Virus record (IMG/VR): IMGVR_UViG_3300030329_005959
Location: 32,001-96,000 of that record
Source: a virus
Strand: one strand, 5' to 3'
Length of the DNA: 64,000 nucleotides
A program made the translations under genes and the position numbers. Below are positions 37,688-49,029 of this stretch, piece after piece. Under the pieces are notes generated by a model. That model made no database searches. It was not told the origin of the DNA and saw nothing but the letters and a program-made list of their open reading frames with translations. Each line of letters starts with the position of its first letter. Position 1 is the stretch's first letter.

Positions 37688-38664
37688 GCGTAATTAATCT
37701 CGTTATATATTGCGGCATTTGTCTCTAATGCAAGTTTAAGGTCATCATCTAATGCCGCTTCCCCCGATCCCGCGCTTGAATCAAATACATAAACTTCTCT
37801 GATTATTCCATTAAAAGGATTGTTGCTTATTCTTCTACAACCAATTCTAAATCTATCCGATCTACCAATATGTTTATCTTCATTTACGTCTCTAGTGGTT
37901 TCGGTCCCGCTCACTCTAAGTATCATGGATTTTCCATCTCCTCCTGCGGCAGTTGATCTTTGCCTGTCGTAGTATGAACCCACTATTGTGCGTGTATATG
38001 TTGGATAACCACTAGCACTATCTTCGTCATAAGCATCTACAGCTAACCTGTAACTTCCACCAGATAAATAAATCATTTCTACTCCATCATTAAAATTATC
38101 TAAATTAGTAATGAGACCGCCAGCTCCTGTAAAATTAAATACTTCACAAGCCATAACTAAACTAAAATTATCGTCAGTATTAGGTAATCTGTATTGGTTT
38201 ACTTGCAAATAATCTCCAGAAGCGCTATATCCCCCAGAGGTAACACATTTAAGCCCTCTGTTAAACACTCCAGAAGAAATTAACTCAGGCTGTCTACTTG
38301 TAGTTGTTTGGACTGCATCTGGTGCAGTTGGATATCCGCTCCAAGATCCTCCACCTTGTTGAGTGCTTGTATTGCCACTTTGGTTATACCACTTGGTAAC
38401 GAAAGCTGAGTTGCTTCCTACAAAATCTCTAAGGGTGCTCCCTGCGCTAGTCAAACTGTTAAGGGTCACCTCTTTTTGATTGTAAAAATAAACATCTGCT
38501 TCGGTGCTATCAGAATCTCTTCTAACTCTTATAGCAGCACCAGTGTAAGCCGCACGAAGCAGCCTTAATCCATAGGCTAGCCTTGCGGTGGGCATACCGC
38601 TTATATCTAGAGGAGTTTCTACATGTTTTTCGAATATCCCCGACATTGAGGGTCTTATAATCAT
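37684..38664 (-). CDS. Lectin-like (ConA/LamG, arabinofuranosidase-B-like N-terminus) virion protein
   Basis: AYGLRLL..AYTG.AIRVRR.SD, VTKWYNQSG, FRIG....FNG.I.E. Confidence 0.7.
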   Translation of the reverse strand: MIIRPSMSGIFEKHVETPLDISGMPTARLAYGLRLLRAAYTGAAIRVRRDSDSTEADVYFYNQKEVTLNSLTSAGSTLRDFVGSNSAFVTKWYNQSGNTSTQQGGGSWSGYPTAPDAVQTTTSRQPELISSGVFNRGLKCVTSGGYSASGDYLQVNQYRLPNTDDNFSLVMACEVFNFTGAGGLITNLDNFNDGVEMIYLSGGSYRLAVDAYDEDSASGYPTYTRTIVGSYYDRQRSTAAGGDGKSMILRVSGTETTRDVNEDKHIGRSDRFRIGCRRISNNPFNGIIREVYVFDSSAGSGEAALDDDLKLALETNAAIYNEINYA

Positions 38665-41600
38665 AATAAATTACCGAATACTGCGTAGGTGTTTGTAGCT
38701 AGTCTTACTATAGACCCAGGTTGATATCCAGATGCTAAGGTCACAGTCCCATTAGTGGTCCCATTAATAATCATATTGCTCGACCCTACAATGTCTACAT
38801 CTTGTCCAGTATGTAATACTGATGCATTAAACCCTGCTCCCAAATCACTAGATATCGTTATTTGGTCAAATGAGGTAGAGGTTCCGTTAATAAATGTCCC
38901 GTTATCTGCGACCCTCAAAGTGAAGTCTGCGCTTTTTTCAGACAAACTAAACCCACCTTTAATTGCCCCTGAGACATCCAGCTCGGTAGTGGGGGCGCTG
39001 TTTCCAATCCCGACATTTCCTTGAACTATTAACCCATTAGAAGGCGCGGCAGTCCCTATATAAGATGTCCCCACACTAGCGTTTCCGTATAATCCCAGTG
39101 TGCTACTGGTTGAATAATAACCTAATGCAGTTTTTCCTTCTACTGTTAATCCGTTCTCAATCGAAGCACCAACTAGACTGCTTCCTACAACCATTCCCGT
39201 TGCATAGATACATCCCTGCGTATGGAGTTTATATAGAGCGTTGGGAGAGTCTGTCCCCACACCGACATTGCTATTGGAAGCTACTGTAAGTGCTGTAGTC
39301 CCTGCCGTAGCAAGCTGAATTGTGTCTGTGCTGACATCTATACGAGTATCGGTATCTCCATCATGAAAAATTGTATTTTGAAGATAGATACTATTAAAAG
39401 TCGGAGAACCACCATCAGCAACCCCTCCAATGTCAGACAAAACTTCAGAAGTAGAGCGACTCTCTAATCCATCAGCAGTAAATCTAGCGTATTCGTTATC
39501 GGCTACGGTCGCGCTGTCAATCTTAACGGCATTTGTGTCTGCTATCCCGAAAGTCAAGGATGCTTGTTTTGCATCCAATTGAGTTTGTATGTTTGAGGAT
39601 ACGCCATCAAGATAATCAAATTCAGTGCTTGTAACGTCTGTCGCATATAAAGCTTCTAAGTAGTCGATCTCACCAGAAGAAAGATTTTGAAGCTCACTAT
39701 CTAAAGATAGATCACCGAGAAGTTCAGATGTTGAGCGCCCCTCAAGACCAGCAGATGTGAACCTAGCATATTCATCGTCAGCGACTGATGCGCTGTCGAT
39801 TTTTACAGCATTTGTATTTGAGATGCCAAATGTCAAAGAGGCTTGCGCCCCGATATCACTAAGAACCTCTGATGTTGAACGACTCTCTAAACCGTCAGCA
39901 GTAAACCGTGCGTATTCGTCGTCGGCAACGTCTGCACTGTCGATTTTAACAGCGTTTGTGTTTGCTATCCCGAAGGTAAGTGAAGCCTGTCCTCCAATGT
40001 CTGAAAGAACTTCTGATGCCGATCTACCTTCTACTTGAGTTCCGTCTATGCGGAGAAAATCGTTATCAACAAGTGTGCTGTTTGCTTGGATAACGTTATT
40101 ATTACTTATCCCTACGTCTTTTGTGGCAGCAGTGCCGAGTCCTAAAGATGTCGATGCGTCTCCAGAAAGCAAATATCCTGTTCCATTTAAGGTCAGTCTG
40201 TTTTCAAGCCCTGTGCCGTAAAAATCTCCACCTCCTGATATCCCTCCTGCTCCTGTAGTAATTAAACTATTAAAAGTGGGAGAATCACTAGTGCTTAATC
40301 CTATATCGCTTCGGACTTCAGAAGTAGAGCGGCTTTCTAAACCATTAGATGTAAATCTAGCGTATTCATTGTCAGCTACTGACGCGCTATCTATTTTGAC
40401 TGCATTGGTATTTGCTATACCAAAGGTAAGCGAAGCTTGCGCCCCGATATCCGAAAGCACTTCTGAAGTAGACCTGCTTTCTAAACCGTCAGCTGTAAAT
40501 CTCGCATATTCGTCATCAGCAACGTCTGCACTGTCAATCTTTACTGCGTTTGTATTTGATATACCAAACGTAAGAGAAGCTTGTCCTCCGATGTCAGACA
40601 AGACTTCAGAGGCAGATCTTCCTTCGATTTGAGTGCCATCTATTCTGAGGAAGTCGTTATCTACTAAGGTGTTATTCGCTTGTAAAAGGTTTGTATTGCT
40701 AATACCCACGTTCAACGGAGCAGCTGCACCAGTGGCGCTACTTAAAACAAAACGTCCGTCTAGATCTGTAGTAACAGTGGACGCATCGTTGCGACTTAAT
40801 GTAATAACACCATCACTTGTGTTAAAAGATGCACCAGTAACAAAGGTGTTTGTATCAGGTGGAGAATCTCCTGATAGGAGATAAGGAGTTCCGTTGTTCG
40901 TAATTCTATTCCCGACTCCAGTCCCTAGAACACTCCCCGTAACTGTGAGTGTAGATGTGCCAGTTATATCAATACTCTCAAATACACCTGACACCCCAGA
41001 CAAATATTGCCCTTGGACGGCCATAGAAGTCGTTGTCGTATTACCTCTAGCTGAGACCGTCTGAAGAGTGTCTGTTTCTGTCGCAGACCCCGTAGAAACA
41101 GCGTTTCCATTCACAAAAAGTCCACTTGTCGATTCAACGTAGACTCCATTAACAAAATCTAAAGTCGCAGTATGCGCTCCACTCGACGCATGAACTCTAT
41201 CTTGCCCATCTGCTAATACTGCGGCTCCGCTGTGTCCAGTTGGTATTTCAGCTTTATTACCTAAAGCAAAAGCATAGTCTCCGCTTACCTTTGAAGCTTT
41301 TCCTGGGCCTACAAGTGCGAATCGTCCTGAGGATTCGGTAAACCAGCCACCAAGGGTAACAGAATCGTTAGCGTAAATTTTATTTCCTTCTCCACCTAAT
41401 ACAGAACTGAATGTGCCATGCACTTCATTTTCTTCTCCTCCTCCGATAAAAGCGTAACCATTACCTCCTGAAATAATGTTTGATACACCGCCACCTATGG
41501 CAGAAATGCCAGCGTATATCTCGTTACTTTGACCTCCTCCAACAAAAGAAGTGGTAGCACTTTCTATTTTATTATTTTGGCCACCCCCAACTATTGAATA

Positions 41601-43574
41601 GTTAGAATTAAAAATATCATTATTCTTTCCTCCAATGCTGGAGGAATAATCTGAACCCGTTAGATCAATTTGTGAACCACCTCCAATAAAGTTAAAGTCA
41701 CCCCCTGATATGTTATTAGTGACTCCTCCCGCGATTACATCATAATCTCCCGAAATCTGATGCCCACTACCGCCGCCGATCAAACAACCTGACGAATTAA
41801 GCATGGAATCGTAAGCAGCTATGATGGCTGAAGTCTCAGTTTGAAGTGAGTAACCATCCTTGCCTATCTCTACAGCCGACTTACCGAGAGGGTCATACAT
41901 AGTTGCCCCATCGCTAGTGAAATCCAACCTAGACTGTCCGTTTGTCACAAGTCTAAATTCGTCGTTGTCGGGAAAGCCAAAGTAAGAATTAGCGTCCCCA
42001 ACGTGTCGAATCCAACTATTAATATAAAAGATACTACTACCATTCATATAAATGTCGGTAGTGCTTGTGTTTCCTAAGTCAACAACCTCCTGTAAGGGGC
42101 AACAACCAGTCGTAATATCTGTAGTCAACGCATACTCTACAGTATCTGAATATTTTAATCTTCCCGTCATGGAGGTGGCTTTTCCCGAAACGATTAAGTT
42201 CCCTCCCTCTCCCGTTAGGTCGGTTATTTTTAGGTTTCCTGCGAGGTTCCCACTCCCTTCGATTGGGAGATAAATAGGAACTGGAGATTCATAGTCCGCT
42301 ATGACAACCCCCGACCCCGAAACGGGATACAGTCCCGTAGTCATTGAGTAAGGAGTCCCGAAGGCTAATTTAAGATCTAAAGGTGTGCCTTCTGGCACAC
42401 CGTCTTTTAGAGTGATGGAAAAATCTTGTTGCTGCCTTTGGTTAAGATTATAAACCCCTAGCAAATTTCCCTCATTAGTTGGAGAGTTCGCGGACCAGAT
42501 TGCCATATCGCCAAATTCGGTGTATCTGGGGTCATTCATGAATGACAGGTCTAATCTTATATCTCCTGTAGTGCCTGTAGTATTAATTAACTGGTTATTG
42601 AAATACTTTCTTGCGTCCGCAGCGTCAGCAGCACTCATCCCACCTGTGTCGGGCGCTGGAAAGTTCTCGCTGTTATCAGATTCGTTTAGGTAGGTTCCTC
42701 CCGAAGCTCTGTAGTATAGGTGGTCTAAGTATAAATCATTTGCATACAAATAAATTTCACTTCTGTGGGTGGTTCCGTCGTAATTAACAACATCGTTTCT
42801 TACGCCAAAATTTGGTGTATAGACTCCAAATACATCTGCATTTTGGGCTACAGTGAAAGGAAAAGTGGAAGCGGTAGTGGTTCGATAACTAGGATACACC
42901 AAACCTCCTGTAATATCAAGAATACTTATTATTTGTCCACTAATATATGGTGATGCATTTATAGAAGCAGAGGAATTCACCAATCCTCCAGCGGGGTCTC
43001 CTAATCCAAACTGGAGGGTGACATCTCCCCTTAGGTGTATGCCGCTCCCCGTGGTTGTAGATATGAGATCACCTGTATCCACATCAAAAACAGTTTCAAA
43101 TTCTTTGATGTCTAGCGTAGTGAATGGTCCCTCATAAAAACCACTAGCGGTGATTTCACTGGTGGTTGTTCCTATCCCTACTTTACCTGTGTATGTATTA
43201 GTCCCCTCATACACGGCATATAAAGCTCCACTATAATTAGTCCCCCTAACCAAAGTGTGTGAGGTGGCACCCCCCACATTCACATACCCAGTGCCTTCGC
43301 CCCTAACGTCTCCGTTGGGGGTAGCCCCTCCGATTAACGTCCCTGTGGACATATATTGGTCGGCTAGCGGAGTGGTGTAGCCCGAAGGCAATCCCGCGCT
43401 CCCGCTCTCTACTATATTAATAAAACGAACACTTGCCCACGAACCATAAACAGCTTCAGAATTAAGCGCACCTCCTGCGCCCGTAATTCCTGTCGCGTAG
43501 GTATAAGCTCCCGAGCCATAAACATAAGCACCATCGTCTTTCGTATGTTTTAAAACTGTGTATCCTGCGTCCAT
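38661..43574 (-). CDS. Long tail fibre/adhesin with internal repeats
   Basis: 1637 aa, G/S/T-rich; GGG.N.I beta-roll repeats, LQ.V...GNTTT motifs, NVGIG...P...L.V.G motifs; follows J. Confidence 0.85.
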   Translation of the reverse strand: MDAGYTVLKHTKDDGAYVYGSGAYTYATGITGAGGALNSEAVYGSWASVRFINIVESGSAGLPSGYTTPLADQYMSTGTLIGGATPNGDVRGEGTGYVNVGGATSHTLVRGTNYSGALYAVYEGTNTYTGKVGIGTTTSEITASGFYEGPFTTLDIKEFETVFDVDTGDLISTTTGSGIHLRGDVTLQFGLGDPAGGLVNSSASINASPYISGQIISILDITGGLVYPSYRTTTASTFPFTVAQNADVFGVYTPNFGVRNDVVNYDGTTHRSEIYLYANDLYLDHLYYRASGGTYLNESDNSENFPAPDTGGMSAADAADARKYFNNQLINTTGTTGDIRLDLSFMNDPRYTEFGDMAIWSANSPTNEGNLLGVYNLNQRQQQDFSITLKDGVPEGTPLDLKLAFGTPYSMTTGLYPVSGSGVVIADYESPVPIYLPIEGSGNLAGNLKITDLTGEGGNLIVSGKATSMTGRLKYSDTVEYALTTDITTGCCPLQEVVDLGNTSTTDIYMNGSSIFYINSWIRHVGDANSYFGFPDNDEFRLVTNGQSRLDFTSDGATMYDPLGKSAVEIGKDGYSLQTETSAIIAAYDSMLNSSGCLIGGGSGHQISGDYDVIAGGVTNNISGGDFNFIGGGSQIDLTGSDYSSSIGGKNNDIFNSNYSIVGGGQNNKIESATTSFVGGGQSNEIYAGISAIGGGVSNIISGGNGYAFIGGGEENEVHGTFSSVLGGEGNKIYANDSVTLGGWFTESSGRFALVGPGKASKVSGDYAFALGNKAEIPTGHSGAAVLADGQDRVHASSGAHTATLDFVNGVYVESTSGLFVNGNAVSTGSATETDTLQTVSARGNTTTTSMAVQGQYLSGVSGVFESIDITGTSTLTVTGSVLGTGVGNRITNNGTPYLLSGDSPPDTNTFVTGASFNTSDGVITLSRNDASTVTTDLDGRFVLSSATGAAAPLNVGISNTNLLQANNTLVDNDFLRIDGTQIEGRSASEVLSDIGGQASLTFGISNTNAVKIDSADVADDEYARFTADGLESRSTSEVLSDIGAQASLTFGIANTNAVKIDSASVADNEYARFTSNGLESRSTSEVRSDIGLSTSDSPTFNSLITTGAGGISGGGDFYGTGLENRLTLNGTGYLLSGDASTSLGLGTAATKDVGISNNNVIQANSTLVDNDFLRIDGTQVEGRSASEVLSDIGGQASLTFGIANTNAVKIDSADVADDEYARFTADGLESRSTSEVLSDIGAQASLTFGISNTNAVKIDSASVADDEYARFTSAGLEGRSTSELLGDLSLDSELQNLSSGEIDYLEALYATDVTSTEFDYLDGVSSNIQTQLDAKQASLTFGIADTNAVKIDSATVADNEYARFTADGLESRSTSEVLSDIGGVADGGSPTFNSIYLQNTIFHDGDTDTRIDVSTDTIQLATAGTTALTVASNSNVGVGTDSPNALYKLHTQGCIYATGMVVGSSLVGASIENGLTVEGKTALGYYSTSSTLGLYGNASVGTSYIGTAAPSNGLIVQGNVGIGNSAPTTELDVSGAIKGGFSLSEKSADFTLRVADNGTFINGTSTSFDQITISSDLGAGFNASVLHTGQDVDIVGSSNMIINGTTNGTVTLASGYQPGSIVRLATNTYAVFGNLL
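39424..40709 (-). repeat. Seven ~48-aa (144-bp) coding repeats in the tail fibre, order B-A-A, B-A-A, A
   Basis: A = QASLTFGI.NTNAVKIDSA.VAD.EYARFT..GLE.RSTSEVLSDIG; B = VGISN.N..QAN.TLVDNDFLRIDGTQ.EGRSASEVLSDIG. Confidence 0.95.
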
Positions 43575-46500
43575 TATAAAATTGCTATCTGGTTAACAAA
43601 AGATTTATTGAATATTAAAAGGTCATCATAAACTACAAATATTCCTGAACAGTCATAATTAGAATCAAAGTAAAAATTAGCCAGCGCTTTGCCGCCCTTT
43701 TGCCCTAAGGCATTAACACAATAGTTGTAAACCCCTACTTGACCTAAATTTGAAAACTGGTAACCTGTGTCTGCAACTGTAGTTTCAGTTACTCGTCCGT
43801 TAGGATGCGTTAAACGCACATTAAAGCCCGTGCTGTTTGTTATGTCGGTCCATCTCCCTGTGATAGTAAAAGTGTCAGTAACGGAGTCTGGAACCCCTGT
43901 AGAAAGATACTCTAGAACTGGTGATGCTAGAGTTTCATAAGTGACGTTATTAATAGTTTGGGCGACTTGATAACTATAAGTATCCGCTTTGTTTTCTATA
44001 CTTATATCTTTTTCTATTAAATTAAATTTGCCTGTATCGTATTTAGTGGCGCTGACAAGATATTCATTGGGAGCCTCCTCCTGCATCGAAATTACTTTAT
44101 AAATAAAGGGGCTGGCATCTCTGATTTCAAATTTTGCAGGACTGCCTAATTTTATAAAAGGCAGTAACTGTGGTTTATCAAACCCCGAAAGCACACTGCC
44201 GTATGGGTTGTAACCAGACAATTCTAAGTCGGAAGCACTTTCTACAATAACTCCAGTAACAGATAGCACAGCCATTTGGTTGGGCGAACTTCCTGAAATT
44301 TCTGAGTTAAGAACTCCGTGACCTCCTCCGAAAGCACTGTCAAAGTCAATTCCTGAAAAGGGGAAATGATGAGTTGTAGAACGTCCCGATGTTATGCTCA
44401 TGTCCACCTCCGTGATTGCGCCTGTATTGAAACTAAACAAAGTTTGAGCACCAGTTCCTGATGCAATAAAATCTCCAGAACCCAAAGCGAAGGCTCCTGT
44501 CCTCTGGTTGGCTGGCTCTGATTCTGGCGACGATCCTGATGCCAACGTCCATCCCGTAAACCCTGTGTTAAAATAAAGAAACTTCCCACTTTCGGCATGA
44601 TTTCCACTAACGCCTGTGTATAGACCGTATTGCTGAGAAAGTTGCCTAGTATCTGGTAGGCTTACATCATAACCTGAGGTGTAACCCGAGAATCCGTAAT
44701 CTCCTGTATACGCGGCCCATGCGTCAGTCACTTGTCCTGTAACGGTGAAGCCTTGGTAGCGGCTTCTAAGAATGTTATTTAAACTGTCTATATCTTCTAT
44801 CGTATCTCGACCTGTGGGGTTATAAACGGTCAAGGTCGATTCCATGTCTCCTGAAATATAGCTATTACTTATTCTTATTGTTTCATTCTCAAGGTCTACA
44901 GCTAGAATTTTACCAAAATTAGCTTTATTGGTTTTTAGTTCATCCTCGATGGTTATTAGGTCTCCAGGTTGGCAAAGGAGACTCTCTAGTCCTGCTGTGA
45001 AAGCAACGGTTTGGTTTTCATCAATCGTGTTAAAGATGGCGTGTTGACCCATGCGCCTAGCCATTGCGCGAGAAGTTATACCTACGCCTTCTATCGTTGT
45101 TTTAAATACCCCTCTCTCCTTTATATCTTCTTCGTCTTCTATTACTTCTATTTTGGGAGTGAACTTATCAAAGCGGTCTCTAAAGCTCACCTCTATAGTA
45201 TTGTATTGCTGATCTCTCCTAGTGTTTGAATAGTAAAACTGACCGTCTTTCACCGACTCATTAGTAAACAAATTAATAGAGCCTCTTGGCCGATCATCTA
45301 CAAAATTTATTTCCGAGTTCCCAAAGAAAACTCGACCCCTAAATAGGGAAGCAATAGTATTAATGGCGTCGTAAAGTTTTTGTCCCCTATCGAAAACAAC
45401 ATTACACGAAAATCTAGGCTCTAAACCTCCACGGCCATCTGTTACCCCTTCAAAGTAACCATTATCGTCTACCGCATCACAAAACCGCCCTATTTTATAT
45501 AACTGCCATTTATTAATTTTTGACTCATCAATATGGCTTCCCATCCCATAACGAGAATTAGTGAGAAGGTCATATAAAATCCACGCAGGGTTATCAGTCC
45601 ACTTTAAAACGGGAGCGAAGTTTCCGTCCCAATCTCCATTATATACAGCTTTGCTACTTGCTGGAGCGGCTTCAAACTCCTCAACAGTATTCCAATACCT
45701 TTTATCAGTGCGCCCACGTTCGGGGTAATAATTAGAGGGCACTTTTACTAATTTTAATTTACAATCGTAAGTGCGCTTTGGAATGTTGCCGAAAGCTCTG
45801 GAGTCAAGTTTGGTTCCTACAATTGCCGAGAAGGGATAAGGCATATCTACCTCGATAATTTCAGTAACCTTGTTGAGATTGACTATTTTATTTAATAAGA
45901 CAGAGTTACTCTCGTAAGATAGCTTAGTTACTTTCACATAACGCTTTTGCACACTATCTTGGTCGATAGTCCCCACTTCAATCCCCGTGAGCCCATCCTC
46001 GCTTAATTCTTGATTTTCTTTTATAAGAACCTCAGGCAATTCAAATGGGATGTTTAAACTCTCCCTTCGGTCTAAATTAACAACATAGTCATTGTTGTTT
46101 GGTCCTGAAGCGCTATCAGGATTGCCTAAATCAACCAATGTTTGCCCTTCTATTAAAGCTACTATTCTAAAAGTATAAGTTTTAAAGGGTATTTCGGCTC
46201 CCACTCCCTTGTCATATTTGCCTGTTTCTACTTGGATGTTTAAAACCGCTGGGAATTTACTTCCTGGGTTTTTGTCCCCTCCATCTCCCGTTAGGTGAGG
46301 GATGGTAATTTTTTTCAAGAGAGTGTCTGATAAAGCTTCTATATTTAATGTAATAAAAACCTTCGCTACATTAGGGTTGTATACGGTGTGAACACAGGGA
46401 ATTGCCTTTTCATCCCAATTTACTAGAGAACCTTCTGCCCATTTCGAGTAGTTGAATGTGCGAGCGTCGTTATCACCCGCATATCTCTCGTCGTCGCTTC

Positions 46501-48379
46501 CTTCCATAAGGGGCAAGTTAGTGCTTGGGTCTATTTGTAAATTAAAATTTGCCGCTCCCAGAGCCAATACTTCGCTGCGGGTAAGCGAATCCGACCCCGC
46601 GTTGATTCTTTGTGGCGCGTTTCCTTGAGCACCCGCAGCACGGCGATTGATGGCCGCAGCAGGGCCAAGTCCAGCAGGTCTTGTTGTGAACGGGCCAAAA
46701 AGTTCCTTATTGTAAACGTGATCTATAAATACTCTACGGAACGCCTTTAAAGGTGTTTGATCTTCTGTCCCTTGTTTAAATTCAGCTAAAACGTTGGTGT
46801 AATTAAATTTTAAATTAGAAGAAACTTCGGTTTCGGTTACATTTGGAATGCCATTTCGCCAATCTTGTCCAAACCCCACCGTGGTCGTATATTGTAGGGT
46901 ATTTATATCTGTCATGTGTTGCACGGTTTGTCGGTGGAAAGAAACTATCTTGGACTCCACTCCCTCTCCCGAGAATATCGCGTTCTGCATCGGCAATGTA
47001 AAAACTATAAACCCGTGCATTTTGCCTGTGAGATTGCCCAGAGAATCAATTTCTGGGCAAGTAATATCTAATTTCCTTCCATAGCTCATCCTTGCCAGTG
47101 TCCCGATCATCCAGTCGATTGGAATTCCGTTCAACCAACCATCCATAGCCCAGCCCGAGCCAAGCACGAGAGGATCGGCTCCGACAACCATAGTTGTCAT
47201 GTCGAGCACATTGCTCCCATCTTCATCCAAAATGTTTCTACCGACGATGTTGGGGTTATCCTCTTCGACTTTAACTATAAAAGTGAAACCTAAGTTTAAC
47301 CATTCGGTAGTCTGCTCCTTTACCCAGTTGCTCAGTAGTCCTGCGATATTTTGGTTTCCCTCTGCGCCCCACCCCAGATTAGTAAGAGCTTTTGCTGCTA
47401 AGGTTTTTTGAAAGTTATTAGCTTCAGGGTTTAATCCGTCAGGACTATTATTATCGTTCCATAAAGCAAGGATTTCGGTCAGCTCTGACCTTACAAAATT
47501 TTCAGCGTCGTCAAGGGTTCTACTGAATCCCCCCATCCAACCAATAGGGTTCTCTGCGCTATTTCTCTCTTTGGGAGTAAATCCGCAAAAAAACTTGGAG
47601 GACGCCAAGGTGTTTTGGTCCGTCCAATACATAGATTGAGGTCTGACTCCTTCTCCATCCTCACCATTCCATAGTCCCCGAGGAAAGCGGTCATTTCTGA
47701 AAGCAGCATCTACTTGGCTGTCGCCGTCCCCCCCGTAATTCAGTTCTCCATCCAGATACCAATAAAATCTTACTCCGCTAGAGCTTTCTAGATAAGCCCT
47801 AATATACAGGGAGGATTCTAAATGATCAGGAGCTTCTTCAGGATTTTCGTCACCCACTCTTATCTTCTGGAAGATCATGTTCAGGGTATGCCACGGAGTC
47901 CAGTTAGCGTCTGCCCATTCTACCCGCATCTGCGATTCATAGTTATTTGGTTCCCCTCCTACCCCGTTATGATTTAAGGTAGATATCAGTCCGTCTTGAC
48001 TTAAATCTATTTGCCTAGTGAGGGCTTTACAAAACTCCTTGAGCGCCCGTATACCCGTCCCCGTTCCACTCGCTAATTCTCTAGCGTTCTGTTCTGCGCC
48101 TTGCTGAGATAACGTGTTGTTTGCGCCCTCGTTATCTATCGCCACTGCCGTATCCTCAAAGTAGATTCCTTTTAGGATATTTAACCCTTCCAATAGGTCT
48201 CCCTCAGGTCCGACCAATCCCGCGATAGGCCCATCACTAATCAAATCAATAGTTTCAGCATAGCTGTGCGAAGCCCCATACTGTAACTCTCCCATTACGG
48301 GAGGCAAGTAAACTGGAGGCTGGGGTTTTTTCTTTTTCTTCGCCCCAGCGACCTGCAACTTTTTTAGTATATGGCTCAT
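43574..48379 (-). CDS. Tail tip / host-specificity protein J (lambda gpJ-like) with large insertions
   Basis: DLISDGPI.GL, YPFSA, IPKRTY, WTDNPAWILYDLLTN.RYGMG, EPRFSCN, PGDLI.I.D. Confidence 0.92.
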   Translation of the reverse strand: MSHILKKLQVAGAKKKKKPQPPVYLPPVMGELQYGASHSYAETIDLISDGPIAGLVGPEGDLLEGLNILKGIYFEDTAVAIDNEGANNTLSQQGAEQNARELASGTGTGIRALKEFCKALTRQIDLSQDGLISTLNHNGVGGEPNNYESQMRVEWADANWTPWHTLNMIFQKIRVGDENPEEAPDHLESSLYIRAYLESSSGVRFYWYLDGELNYGGDGDSQVDAAFRNDRFPRGLWNGEDGEGVRPQSMYWTDQNTLASSKFFCGFTPKERNSAENPIGWMGGFSRTLDDAENFVRSELTEILALWNDNNSPDGLNPEANNFQKTLAAKALTNLGWGAEGNQNIAGLLSNWVKEQTTEWLNLGFTFIVKVEEDNPNIVGRNILDEDGSNVLDMTTMVVGADPLVLGSGWAMDGWLNGIPIDWMIGTLARMSYGRKLDITCPEIDSLGNLTGKMHGFIVFTLPMQNAIFSGEGVESKIVSFHRQTVQHMTDINTLQYTTTVGFGQDWRNGIPNVTETEVSSNLKFNYTNVLAEFKQGTEDQTPLKAFRRVFIDHVYNKELFGPFTTRPAGLGPAAAINRRAAGAQGNAPQRINAGSDSLTRSEVLALGAANFNLQIDPSTNLPLMEGSDDERYAGDNDARTFNYSKWAEGSLVNWDEKAIPCVHTVYNPNVAKVFITLNIEALSDTLLKKITIPHLTGDGGDKNPGSKFPAVLNIQVETGKYDKGVGAEIPFKTYTFRIVALIEGQTLVDLGNPDSASGPNNNDYVVNLDRRESLNIPFELPEVLIKENQELSEDGLTGIEVGTIDQDSVQKRYVKVTKLSYESNSVLLNKIVNLNKVTEIIEVDMPYPFSAIVGTKLDSRAFGNIPKRTYDCKLKLVKVPSNYYPERGRTDKRYWNTVEEFEAAPASSKAVYNGDWDGNFAPVLKWTDNPAWILYDLLTNSRYGMGSHIDESKINKWQLYKIGRFCDAVDDNGYFEGVTDGRGGLEPRFSCNVVFDRGQKLYDAINTIASLFRGRVFFGNSEINFVDDRPRGSINLFTNESVKDGQFYYSNTRRDQQYNTIEVSFRDRFDKFTPKIEVIEDEEDIKERGVFKTTIEGVGITSRAMARRMGQHAIFNTIDENQTVAFTAGLESLLCQPGDLITIEDELKTNKANFGKILAVDLENETIRISNSYISGDMESTLTVYNPTGRDTIEDIDSLNNILRSRYQGFTVTGQVTDAWAAYTGDYGFSGYTSGYDVSLPDTRQLSQQYGLYTGVSGNHAESGKFLYFNTGFTGWTLASGSSPESEPANQRTGAFALGSGDFIASGTGAQTLFSFNTGAITEVDMSITSGRSTTHHFPFSGIDFDSAFGGGHGVLNSEISGSSPNQMAVLSVTGVIVESASDLELSGYNPYGSVLSGFDKPQLLPFIKLGSPAKFEIRDASPFIYKVISMQEEAPNEYLVSATKYDTGKFNLIEKDISIENKADTYSYQVAQTINNVTYETLASPVLEYLSTGVPDSVTDTFTITGRWTDITNSTGFNVRLTHPNGRVTETTVADTGYQFSNLGQVGVYNYCVNALGQKGGKALANFYFDSNYDCSGIFVVYDDLLIFNKSFVNQIAIL

Positions 48380-49029
48380 GTTTGTCGTGTGCTACTGGTG
48401 GTCATAATAAATCCCCTTTTAAGACCCAAAGCATCTAGATCGGAGTGGGGAGCGGGTTGGGGAGTTAATGCTTTTTCAGTTCTCTCATGTTGGGGGTAAG
48501 ATTTAATGCTAGACTGTATCACTTGTGACCCCACTCTTAAGCGCCCATATCCCAGAGGTAAGGGGGCTCCTTGACTAGCCACATTCGCTAGATTACTGAA
48601 AACTTGAGACGCTTTAGCTGCTTGCGCTTCTGCGGTCTGTTGTTCTACCTCAGGTTGAGGGCTTAAAGCAAAAGAAAGAGCGGCCCAAACCACCGCAGCT
48701 GCGATTTTACCTATAAGCACTGCCGCTCCCCCCCCTCCAAGGAGAGCCGCAACTCCCGCAGCTATTGGCCCACTCCCTGCGATAGCGGGAACCAAATCAA
48801 TAGTTTGGGGGTTATTTTGATTATGGAGTTCTTCTTCAATGTTAATCCTTTTTTTATTAATAATAACCTCATATACACACCCCTCTTTATGCAATTGCAT
48901 AATTCTTTGGACAAAACCGCCCCTATTGGCATCAATAGCGTGTAGCACATTCTTTGGCCTTCCTATATTTAAATAGAAATTTTTCCCGTATTCCTTGGCC
49001 AAAACTCCGTGTAATCTTATGTTTGTCAT
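48376..49029 (-). CDS. Tail assembly protein I (lambda gpI-like)
   Basis: IRLHG.LA..YG, IDLVP.I.GSG, QGAPLPLGYGR..VGSQVI. Confidence 0.88.
   Translation of the reverse strand: MTNIRLHGVLAKEYGKNFYLNIGRPKNVLHAIDANRGGFVQRIMQLHKEGCVYEVIINKKRINIEEELHNQNNPQTIDLVPAIAGSGPIAAGVAALLGGGGAAVLIGKIAAAVVWAALSFALSPQPEVEQQTAEAQAAKASQVFSNLANVASQGAPLPLGYGRLRVGSQVIQSSIKSYPQHERTEKALTPQPAPHSDLDALGLKRGFIMTTSSTRQT

Noticed and set aside
39424-40709. Diversity-generating retroelement TR/VR pair
   Set aside because: Repeats are in-frame protein repeats differing mostly at synonymous sites, not adenine-specific; no reverse transcriptase in the window.
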